From Chloropicon primus (taxonomy: Eukaryota), in the NCBI GenBank assembly GCA_023205875.1, contig CP060760.1, forward strand, positions 248,001 through 312,000: a DNA stretch of 64,000 bases, given 5' to 3'. Under the pieces are notes generated by a model. The model searched no databases, was not told where the DNA came from, and saw only the letters and a program-made list of their open reading frames with translations. This document shows, in pieces, positions 42,657-52,097 of this stretch. Both the position numbers and the translations under genes were made by a program. Within the stretch, counting starts at the first letter, position 1. Each line of letters starts with the position of its first letter.

Positions 42657-42708
42657 GCTGACTTTGAGTGGAGTTGATGACCTGCAGGCCCAAGGGAGGA
42701 GCACTGCT

Positions 42709-44355
42709 ATGATTGATGCCCCACACTGGACGGTGACGGGTCGCGTCACTCGGCGCAGGGAGCACGGGAAGAAGCTTCTGTTCTTCGATGTGACGGTGGA
42801 CAGGGAATTGTCCCTCCCTCTCCTTGCTTCCAGTGCAGAGTCCTCGCCAAAGAGGGACAGGTCCGGAGACGCAAGGTGCTGCTCCACTGCGACCGTGAGG
42901 AACACCATGCCCACGTTCGAGGGAAGGGAGGTGCCCACGTTCCAGGTGGTCCACAGCATGCGGTGCTACCCGGAGGGTGCCATGGACCTCAAGCGATTCA
43001 AGTGCCTGACCAAGCTGGTGATGCCAAAAGCCGTCGTCAGGGTCAAGGGAAAGTTCGGGAGGACGAAGACGCAGGAGCTCAGCCTGTTTGCGGATGACCT
43101 GCAGATTGTGCGGGTGCAGCCTGATCCCAGTGCAGTGGTGAAGATGCTCTGCAACACTTGGTGCGCATCGGATGACGATGACGACGGCGGCGGTGGGGCC
43201 GGGGGAGACGAGGGGGATTCGCTCTTCGACGTGAGGTACTGCGCTGAAGCCTTGGGCGGCGGGGGAGGGGATTCTTCATCCTCCAGCGAAGGAGAAGTCT
43301 GGTTCGGGCACAAGGAACTGGTTCGGGATCTCCAGGAGCTGATGCTGCACCACCCGAGCCAGTTCAGGCGGGAGTGCTCGTCGATCGCGAGGCAGCTGCA
43401 AGGTTTGCCCCCGCACAGGATGAGGTCGAAGCCGATGAAGATCCAGGCCAGGGACGTGGCCCTGCTGGACGGCGGCTACAGCACGGGGCTGCGGGAAGCG
43501 TACGCAGTGGACTCCGCGCTGGGCGAGGAGGTGGAGACCGCGATGGGGGCACTCGGTGGAGACATGTCCGGCCTCCTCGAGAAGCTGATTCAGAACCTCC
43601 CCTGCCTGGACCCCGAGGAGAAGAGGAGGAGGGAGCTGTACATGAGGGAGAAAAAGTGGCCTCAGATTCTTTGGATCGCGTCCCAGGTGGAGAGGATGCT
43701 CGGCGGCCTGAGATCCCCCGAGGGGGGAGGATCGTCGAGGGCCGCGCCCGTCAGGATAGCGGACGTCGGGGCGGGGCGGGGCGACCTCTCGCTCGCCCTG
43801 GCCCTGAAATTCAGGGACTGCCAGTTCGTCGTGATCGACGTCAACGAGAGCTCCCTGAACCAGGGCAAGGCTCTCGCCGCCAGGCTGAAGATCAAGAACG
43901 TGACCTTCCTTCTGCAGGACGTCAAATGCATCAGCCGATTCAACGAGGACTTTGACCTGTTCATCGGGCTGCACGCTTGCGGCGGGCTCACTGACGCCAT
44001 CCTGGAGCAAGTGTCCCTCCAGAGGTCCCCCGCCTCGTTCCTGATCTGCACGTGCTGCTTCGGCAAGAACAAGGACCTGAGGCCGGAGGCCTTTGCGCCG
44101 GCGTTCGGGCGCCACGGGGAGGAGGGTTGCGAGCGCACCCTATGCAGGCTGGCGGACTGCCAGGAGCACGATCTGTCCAGCAAAGCCATGCACGCGGTGA
44201 ACGCCGGCAGGCTGCGAGTCCTGGAGGGCCTCGTGGGATCCGCCGCCCTCGCGTGCACGCTCAAAGCCTTTCCGAGGCGATGGTCCTCCAAGAACATGGT
44301 CCTGTGCGGGGAGCACAGATCAAGAAAGACCGAACCGCTTGCTGTAAAACAGTGA
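42709..44355 (+). CDS. OB-fold + SAM-dependent methyltransferase (Methyltransf_32-like)
   Basis: KKWPQI, IADVGAGRGDLS, GLHACGGLTD, CTCCF and SSKNMVL; N-terminal anticodon-binding-like OB fold. Confidence 0.8.
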   Translation: MIDAPHWTVTGRVTRRREHGKKLLFFDVTVDRELSLPLLASSAESSPKRDRSGDARCCSTATVRNTMPTFEGREVPTFQVVHSMRCYPEGAMDLKRFKCLTKLVMPKAVVRVKGKFGRTKTQELSLFADDLQIVRVQPDPSAVVKMLCNTWCASDDDDDGGGGAGGDEGDSLFDVRYCAEALGGGGGDSSSSSEGEVWFGHKELVRDLQELMLHHPSQFRRECSSIARQLQGLPPHRMRSKPMKIQARDVALLDGGYSTGLREAYAVDSALGEEVETAMGALGGDMSGLLEKLIQNLPCLDPEEKRRRELYMREKKWPQILWIASQVERMLGGLRSPEGGGSSRAAPVRIADVGAGRGDLSLALALKFRDCQFVVIDVNESSLNQGKALAARLKIKNVTFLLQDVKCISRFNEDFDLFIGLHACGGLTDAILEQVSLQRSPASFLICTCCFGKNKDLRPEAFAPAFGRHGEEGCERTLCRLADCQEHDLSSKAMHAVNAGRLRVLEGLVGSAALACTLKAFPRRWSSKNMVLCGEHRSRKTEPLAVKQ

Positions 44356-44449
44356 CAGAGACTACTGTATACTAATGTATATACGGAAAAGAAAAAGAAT
44401 AATACCACGCCAAGCACACGCACGCAACGCACGCGCAGAGGTGCTGTCT

Positions 44450-45004
44450 TCACAGGCCCTTCCTCTGCCTGGCCCTGACCTCCGGAGCTCCCCTGCTCAG
44501 GACGACGAGGCGGTGGAGCACGGACTTGTAGTTGTCGTGCGCCTCCGTCGCGAGCTTGTTCTGGGGCTCCAGCATCAGGGCGCTCTCGAAGTCCCGCCTC
44601 GCGGCGTCCGCGTCCCCAAGGGCCTCGTGCGCTTTGCCCCTCCGGAACAGCGCCTTGACCGTGAGGGAACTCGGTGGGCACAGCCGCAGGACCTCGTCCG
44701 AGTCCGTGACGGCGGCCGACCACTCCCCGCACCTCAGGAAGCAGGCCGCCCTGTTGCAGTACGAGGCGGCGAGGAGGGACCTCTCCAAGTCGCCCGTCGC
44801 CCCGTCCCCCTCGAGGAGAAGAAGGTCGAGGGCTTTCGAGTACCACGAGATCGCCTTCCTGTCCTCGCTTCCCTTCTTGAAGCACGCGTTCCCTTTGGCC
44901 TTGTACCGCTCCGCACGAACGTACAAGTCCTCCTTCAGATCCTCCTCCTCCTCCTCCTCCTCCTCCTCCTCCGACGACGCAACGGGATCCAACTCGTCGA
45001 CCAT
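44450..45004 (-). CDS. Small TPR protein (carboxylate-clamp co-chaperone type)
   Basis: KAKGNACFK, YCNRAACFL, KALFRRGKA and ALMLEPQN. Confidence 0.85.
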   Translation of the reverse strand: MVDELDPVASSEEEEEEEEEEDLKEDLYVRAERYKAKGNACFKKGSEDRKAISWYSKALDLLLLEGDGATGDLERSLLAASYCNRAACFLRCGEWSAAVTDSDEVLRLCPPSSLTVKALFRRGKAHEALGDADAARRDFESALMLEPQNKLATEAHDNYKSVLHRLVVLSRGAPEVRARQRKGL

Positions 45005-45354
45005 CGCTACCGGCTATGCCCTCGCTCTCGCTCGCTCCGCTCCCTGCAAAAAAGAAAACCGTTACACCCGTTACGAGTTTGAGCGAGCGGACGGAGATTT
45101 TGCAAAACGCTCAAAAGCGGAGACGAGAGGAATTTTTGAGAATTGCAACGCCTCACGAAGTCACGCCTTGAGGTTTGAGCTGGTGATTGGCTCACACGAA
45201 GCCACACATAGTTTTGCAAAAGGTAAAACAGAAGCGACGACGACTTGGCGACCGCACACGATCGATCGCGATCGATCGGGGAACCAACAGAAGACCCTAA
45301 GGCGCGGCGGCCATCGAGCTTGAACAAAGGAGCTTGAGCACAGGAGGTCCCACG

Positions 45355-47310
45355 ATGTCGAGGAAAGGGATGACGGCTTTGCTTACGAGCTTGATCGTGA
45401 TGCTCGTCCTTCAGCTCGGTGTCGAGGCCAAGTCGTGTGGTCCCGATTGCGATACCAGGTGTCTTGCCGAGGAAGGCGCGGACGTCACGAATGGGGTGAG
45501 GAACAGTGATTGCGGAGCTTGTCAGGATCCTTCGATCACGTGGTGGCCATGCTCCACCGGAAAGTGCTACTGCGAGGAGCTCGAGGAGTCGGCCGATCAG
45601 GGCGCCGTCGTCACCGAGGAGGAGGGCTCTTCCTCGTCGCCCGACGATGTCCAGCCGAACACGGCTTCGCTGGAGGAGCTGACCGGCGAGGCCGCGGATC
45701 AGGACTCCTCGTCCTCGCCCGATCCCGCCGCCGCGGAGCCGAGCACCGATTCCCTGCAGGAGCTTATCTCAGGCGCCGATCCCGCTGATCAGGACCCCTC
45801 GTCCTCGTCCCCCGATCCCGCTGATCAGGGCGCGGCGGAGACTTTGCTGGCCGCGACCACTCCGTCGTCCGGATGCAGAGCGAAGAGGAATGCCTACCGC
45901 GCAGGGGTGAAGGACGAAGACTGCTCCAGGTGCCTCACCGGTTACAAGTTTTGGCCCTGCCAAACCGGCCAATGCAGCTCGGAGTGCTTTGGCGACGACG
46001 CATCGACCGCGGAGGCCGCCGAGGCCGCTGAGACCGCATCGACGACGGCGGATGCGGCACCTGCTTCCCCGGTGCTCTGCCTCCCCGGACAAGAGCTGAG
46101 CGACGACGGGCTGAGCTGCGTCGACTCGATCCTCGACACGAATGCCGGTGCTGCTGCGGAGGACTTTGAGGGGGAATCCGTCGCAGATTGGGGGCAATGC
46201 GGGGGGCTGGGCCTGCTCGAGAATTGCCAAAAGGACGGCGTCTGCAGGCGTTGCTCCAACCCCGCGTTCGAGTGCGTCAAAGGCAATGATTGGTACTACC
46301 AGTGCAAGCCAAAGGAAGAAGCTCCTGCCACTGCTGAAACTGCTGCTGTTGCTGCTGCTCCGGATCAAGTAACCGTCGTCGCACCTACCGAAGGCCTCGA
46401 GGCGGGGGGCGAGGCCGATGAAGAGGCCGAGGCCGAACAAGTGGCGGAGGCCGAAACCGAGGCTCAAGTCGTCACCCCGGTCGCCGAGGATTGCGATCAG
46501 GGCAACATCGGAGACATCATCACGGAAGACGACTGGGAGGACCTCTTCCCGTACAGAAACGATCCGGCTTGCAAGTCCAACAAGAACGCCGATGGCTCGG
46601 AGATCGAAGGGGGGTTCTACGAGTATGATAAATTTGTTAGCGCCGCAAAGCGCTTCCCTTGCTTCCTCGGGCAGGGCGATGAGAGCACGAGGAAGAAGGA
46701 GGCGGCCGCTTTCCTCGCGCAGATCTCCCACGAGACGACCGGAGGGTGGAGCACCGCCCCCGGAGGCGCGCAGAGCTGGGGTTTGTGCTGGAAGGAGGAG
46801 GTCGGCTGCGAGGACGCCGTGAGCTGCGCTCAGTACTGCGCGGCGGGGGACCCCTGCTTGGCGGCCGGGGAGGAATTGAATTGCCCTTGCACGGCTGGCA
46901 AGACGTACCACGGCAGAGGGCCGATGCAGCTCTCTTGGAACTACAACTACGCGCCGGCGGGGGACGCCCTGGGAGTTGACCTCCTGAACAACCCCGAGTT
47001 GATCACCCAGGATCCCGAGCTCGCGTTTTCGACGGGCATCTACTTCTGGATGCAGCCCAGGGGCAGCATTCCCTCGGCGCACTCCGTGATGACCGGGTCG
47101 TGGACTCCAACCCAGGCGGACATCGCGGCCGGGCGTACAGCGAGTAATTTCGGTACGACGACCAACATCATCAACGGAGGCCTGGAATGCGGCATACCGA
47201 ACGACTACAGGGTCGAGGACAGAGTCCTGTACTTCGAGCGTTACGCCGAAATCTTCGAGGTCGACCCCGGCACCGGCCTGCGGTGTGAGGACCAAGGTTC
47301 CTTCGGATAG
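45355..47310 (+). CDS. Secreted GH19 chitinase with Cys-rich repeats and a CBM1-like module
   Basis: Signal peptide. GH19 motifs [32 protein letters not shown] and [13 protein letters not shown]1-like WGQCGG...NDWYYQC. Confidence 0.92.
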   Translation: MSRKGMTALLTSLIVMLVLQLGVEAKSCGPDCDTRCLAEEGADVTNGVRNSDCGACQDPSITWWPCSTGKCYCEELEESADQGAVVTEEEGSSSSPDDVQPNTASLEELTGEAADQDSSSSPDPAAAEPSTDSLQELISGADPADQDPSSSSPDPADQGAAETLLAATTPSSGCRAKRNAYRAGVKDEDCSRCLTGYKFWPCQTGQCSSECFGDDASTAEAAEAAETASTTADAAPASPVLCLPGQELSDDGLSCVDSILDTNAGAAAEDFEGESVADWGQCGGLGLLENCQKDGVCRRCSNPAFECVKGNDWYYQCKPKEEAPATAETAAVAAAPDQVTVVAPTEGLEAGGEADEEAEAEQVAEAETEAQVVTPVAEDCDQGNIGDIITEDDWEDLFPYRNDPACKSNKNADGSEIEGGFYEYDKFVSAAKRFPCFLGQGDESTRKKEAAAFLAQISHETTGGWSTAPGGAQSWGLCWKEEVGCEDAVSCAQYCAAGDPCLAAGEELNCPCTAGKTYHGRGPMQLSWNYNYAPAGDALGVDLLNNPELITQDPELAFSTGIYFWMQPRGSIPSAHSVMTGSWTPTQADIAAGRTASNFGTTTNIINGGLECGIPNDYRVEDRVLYFERYAEIFEVDPGTGLRCEDQGSFG

Positions 47311-47564
47311 AGCTTGGATTTCAAGCTTCTTTGCCCCAAGACAAATGCATGACAAGGGCTTGGCAATAAATCAAGACCCTTTCTTTCTTTTCTTCCTTTT
47401 TCAATCGTCACAGAACATTAGTTAGCGCATTGCTCAAGACCGCCCACACTTCATCTTCATCATCCCCTCGCTTAAGCTCTTCCCACCCCAAAAATATCTC
47501 AATCAAAAAGTCACGTGCGGGTGCCCTGCATAAGGAAGAAGAAGAAGACCAGAGACCCCCGAGC

Positions 47565-47892
47565 ATGCTAGCGACGAGAGGTAGCGCCCGGACGGTCGTT
47601 GCGACGGCCTGCCGCCAGGGCTCGCAGAGGCCCGCGAGGACTCGCCGCTTTCCCATGCACAGGGCTCTGAGCGACGAGAGGGAGGCGGTGAATCCTCACT
47701 CCCAGCAGGAGCACGAGGCGAACGAGAGGAGGAGGCAGGAGGCCGTCGAGCAGAACGGCGGGGAGGAGCCCGAGGACTTCGTGGGTCTGAACGATTGGCG
47801 CTGGACCCTGAACTGGGACGAGATCACGCCGAACATCTGGTGCGGCGCTTGCCCTCGAGTGTGAGTACACAACCATCCAACCAACTCGTCCT

Positions 47893-47930
<38 letters not shown>

Positions 47931-47948
47931 GCGTCATCGAAATCCTGC

Positions 47949-47980
<32 letters not shown>

Positions 47981-48909
47981 GTCTGCTTGCCTGCCCCGAC
48001 CCCTCAAGGCCTCGAGACGTGGAGACGATCAAGGAGAGAACGGGCTGCACGGCGATACTCTGCCTCCAGTCCCACGCGTGCTTCGAGGCCCTGGGCATCG
48101 ACCACCCGAGGATCAGGGCCAAGGGCGGGGACGTTGGCGTCAAGGTGGTTCACGTTCCGATCAGGGACTTTGATCACGGGAACCAGGCGGAGATGATCCC
48201 GGAGGCCGTCAGGGTCCTCTCCCTGCTGCTGAAGACGGGTCACAAGGTCTACGTGCACTGCACTGCTGGGATCAACAGGGCGACGCTCACCGTTCTGTCG
48301 TACCTCACGTTCGTGGAGGGGAGGTCTTTGGACGAGTCGTACGACTTCATCAAGAAGAAGAGGCCCCAGGCGCACCCTTACCTGGACTGCTGGTGGACGG
48401 CGAGGTCCAGGTTCCTGCAGGGGAGGTCGGAAGAGATCGAGTCCAAGTCCAGGGAGCTTTACGAGCAAAGGATCAACTCGTGCGAACCCGGAACGACGGG
48501 GGAGGACTGGTTCAAGGCGGAGACCCTGCTGATCCAAGACACTTACAAGAACAAGTGGGAGGTGGACAGGAGCCTGGCGGAAGCGTGGACCGCGAACACG
48601 AAGGATGTGGAGGAGATGTACCAGAACGAGCTCGAGCAGACGAGACTGGAGGCGAACACGCTGAAGCAGGAGCTCAACGTGGTGCTGAGGGACGCTTGGG
48701 TCGAGCTCCAGAGGAAGGAGAGGCTGGAGACGGAGATGAAGAGCGTGAACAAGCAGATGTCTGCCATGAAGAGCGCCTTTGAGGTCTTGCACTCCAACCT
48801 CAGCAGGTCGTGCGAGACCATGGGCAGCGAAGAAGAAGCCTCGGCGGAAGAGGCCAGCGTGCCGGAAGACCGCCCCCCCCGCACGGGTGGCGGCGACAGT
48901 TTTGCGTAA
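47565..48909 (+). CDS. Dual-specificity phosphatase, SEX4/LSF glucan-phosphatase-like, plastid-targeted (2 exons)
   Basis: Exons 47565-47860 and 48009-48909. LNWDEITPNI, ILCLQ, IRDFD and VYVHCTAGINRA; C-terminal coiled coil. Confidence 0.82.
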
Positions 48910-49087
48910 TCGAACAGCTTTTGCTTTAATCATCCCTTTCATGTAAACTTACTCTGCACCCTCTTTACAAGGCTTGCGCCTCCTGTTCGAGGAGAAAGGA
49001 TCCAGGTGCCTCCCCTACGTTACACATATACCATCCCTGGCGTCCCGTGTCGAGAAAAGTCCCATGCCGAGCAAGCCCGCACGCACA

Positions 49088-49685
49088 CTAAGAGGCACCG
49101 GGCACGATCCGATGGTTAAACGTCATGAACCCGGGGCGATACGTGAGCGGCTCGTGGATCCTGTCCCCAGCCTGGGCCTTGATGGGCACCAGGTTGCCCC
49201 CGACGCCTACGCTGCCTGCGTTTTCGTGACGAGCCAACCGAAGAGAGACGAAGACATCGCGTCAGTTCCCCTTTGGAGGAGGATTCTGGCGCTCCACTCA
49301 AGGTGGCGGTGGTGGTGGTGATGCGGTTCGGATCACTTGGAGAGTTGGACGTACCTAGTAGAGTCAGACCCAAAGCTGCTAGAAGCAAGACAGCCACGTT
49401 GAACGGCAGGCCCGATAGGCCCGAGAAGGCCTTGTCCGCCGAGCTTCGATCTGCGAAGGTCAGAGCCATGTGAAAGCCAAGTGTGTTGCTGTCAGTCCCT
49501 CGTCTTCGGCTTGGGATCCATCAAGAGAATCCTCTCTCTCTCTGTCTCTCTCTTTTTCTGAAGGAGGTCGGCACAAAAAAGAAGTTTCGCTTGCGCGTGG
49601 CGATGAACTTACACTCATAGGCCATGACGCCCGCCGATAGGAGCATCGCGAACCCCGAAACAAGGTAAAAGGTCGTCGTGCCCAT
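49088..49685 (-). CDS. EMC5: EMC5/MMGT1 ER membrane complex subunit (3 exons)
   Basis: Exons 49685-49613, 49450-49355 and 49215-49088 give two TMs and the C-terminal RPGFMTFNHR signature. In-frame ATGs also occur at 49778/49775. Confidence 0.82.
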
Positions 49686-49808
49686 GATTCCACTTCCCTC
49701 CTGGCCTCTGGCCTCTGCTGAGAATCTTCTCCTGCAGAGAGAACTTCTTGAAGGTGAAGGGAGAGAGAGGGACATCATGAGGCATGATCGGGATGGTGGG
49801 ATGATACA

Positions 49809-51008
49809 TTACATGGGTGACAGGATGGAATCGTCCTCCTCCAGGCTTTCCCCTTCCGCCCGGCTGCCGTACTTTCTCTGGAAGAGCTCCGTGAGTTGCG
49901 AGTGGACGTCGAGGCCAACCTCCGCGGGGTCTGCGATGCGTTGCCGGTGAGGGAAAGGGTTGAGGGAACGTGGGCACAGAAGAAAACCAAGAGCAATGCA
50001 ATGAAAGAATGGCATCAGTTGATTTTCCTGGTGTGAGACAGAGTCGTCGTCCGAAGCGGGGTCAGCAGCAGCAGCAGCAGCTTACCTTCGATGCGGTGCT
50101 CCTCGACCCGCCTGGCGTGCTTCAGCATGTCGGTGAAGGACAGCAGAGTCCCCTCGTCCTGGTCGCGGGCCACGTCGTACTCGTCCTGGAACGCAAAGTC
50201 GCTCAGATTGACCAGCGGCTCGCCGCTGAAAATGTTCCTGACAAAGCTCTGCCTGTTGAGGAACGCCTTCATCTTGGTGTTCAGTACGCAGTGGCACCAA
50301 ATGACGTCGCTCGCGGGCCACCTCACGGTGCGCTTCACGGCCTTTCCAGTCTGCACAACGACGCATGGGCACGAGATCAGGGAGAATTGGGGTCAGTCTG
50401 CTTCCTTTCCTTTCCTTTGCCTTCGCGCTGCTCACCTCCACCTCCTTGTACACGTATCGGATCACGGGTGTCATCAACTGGATTGCCTGGACGCTCCCGT
50501 CCGGCAGGGTGTACTGCTTCCTGTTCTTCTTCAGCTCCTTCTCGTACGCCTCGAGCAGCTTCTTCGAGTAGCTCTCCTCCCTCTTCGCCCCCGCGATGCT
50601 GACGACGTGCCACCGAGCCTCCTTCTCTCCCTCCCTTTCGAAACGGTCGAAAGCAGACTCGAAACGGTTGAGCTCGCTCCTGATCGCGCTCTGGGTCTCC
50701 GCGTTGCCCTTGCCCCTCCGGCGAAACCGCGAGCTCCGAGCCTCCGAGACCTTGCTCCTCACTCGCGCCGTCCTCGGCCTCGGAGCCGCTTCAGCGTGCT
50801 CCTGTTGTTGTTGATGATGTCCACCTTCCGACCTGTGGAACTCACTCTCACTCGCTTCCTCGCCACGCAGGGCGGCAACCGAGGCAGGAGGCCTCCTCGC
50901 ATGCCTCGTGCCAGTCGCAGGAGAGCAAACCCCTCCGCATGGCGGCCTCCTCGTCCCGATCCTCTCCCCCACAACCCAACGCTTGCGCACCAGCTTGTCC
51001 ACCATCAT
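49809..51008 (-). CDS. Organelle-targeted NusG N-terminal (NGN)-like protein, pTAC13-like (3 exons)
   Basis: Exons 51008-50436, 50350-50086 and 49930-49809. WHVVSI...TPVIRYVYKEVETGKAVKRTVRWPASDVIWCHCVLN resembles pTAC13 NGN as recalled. Confidence 0.55.
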
Positions 51009-51258
51009 CGCCAATGAGTTCCCTCCAGCGTCACCGTTCGGCAACGGAAATGGGTCAAGTTCGGGATCACCAGAAAGATCGAGAGGAGGCCTATCGATGT
51101 CTACGACTCTCCCAAGACAATGTCTCTCTCCCCTCTCTTGGTCTCAACCCCAAAGTCCTTCCTCTCCCTTCACCAGGGGGAGTCGTGCCCCTTATCCAAA
51201 AAGTGCAGAGCAGAGCAGAGGTGTCGATGGTGGAGAAAGGAGGGCCAAGGTGAGAGCA

Positions 51259-51776
51259 ATGGTGTCCAAGCAGTTGAAGGTCGGGGTTCCCATGATTGGG
51301 GTCGTCCTCGTCGGGTACCTGTCTCTCACCAGTGTGCTGCAAGGGCGTATCAAGGTGAGGAAGCTTGACGACGCGACAACCAGGAAGGAAAGGCATCGTC
51401 GTGGTGGTGGTGGTGGTGATGATGGTGTTGTGTCGTGGTAATGCTTGTGTCACGTCCTGACTTTCTGTGTGTGACTCAGGATCATGACTCCAGGACGCTG
51501 AATGACACGCCTAGGATACCCGAGTCGAACAAGAAGAAGGGCAAGCTGGACATGGAGGAGGAGATCAAGGTAAGGCTTTCCATTGCTCCAACACGAGAGA
51601 GAGCGAGAGAGAGCGAGAGAGTGTGCGCTGCGAAATGCATCCCAAGCTGACACACACACACACACACACACACATGACCTGCTTGTCGTGTCGTGTGCCC
51701 CCTTCTTCTTGTGCAGAGGGCCGAGAACGTCGTGGCGGATGAGTATGAGCTCAAGTCAACCAGGAAGGGGGGATAG
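51259..51776 (+). CDS. COX16: Cytochrome c oxidase assembly factor COX16-like (3 exons)
   Basis: Exons 51259-51354, 51480-51569 and 51717-51776. GVPMIGVVLVGYLSL TM, LDMEEE and DEYELK. Confidence 0.7.
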
Positions 51777-51962
51777 ACGTCCTCGGCAGCAGCACCAGGT
51801 CGGTGGGCGACGTCGTTGGAAGCGTGCGTTGACAAGGAGCCCAAGCACACCCCCAAAAGGAGGAAGAAGGCTCGTGCTTTGGGTCATTGTTGTTGTGGAT
51901 GAATATAAGCGAGGAGTTGCTGTTATGCGATTACACTTTCGTCGTCGCCCTTGCCAACTTGA

Positions 51963-52097
51963 TAATAATAGTCACGCGCGCCTGTCTTTGCTTGCTTTGC
52001 CACAACCTAATGCGGCTCCACCTGCCCTGGTAATAATAGTGGCGCGTGTCTGCCTTGCTTGCTTTGCCACAACCTAATGCGACTCCACCTGCCTTGA
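51963..52097. repeat. Imperfect tandem duplication, two units of about 68 bp
   Basis: taataatagt...ttgcttgctttgccacaacctaatgcg(g/a)ctccacctgcc occurs twice. Confidence 0.85.
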
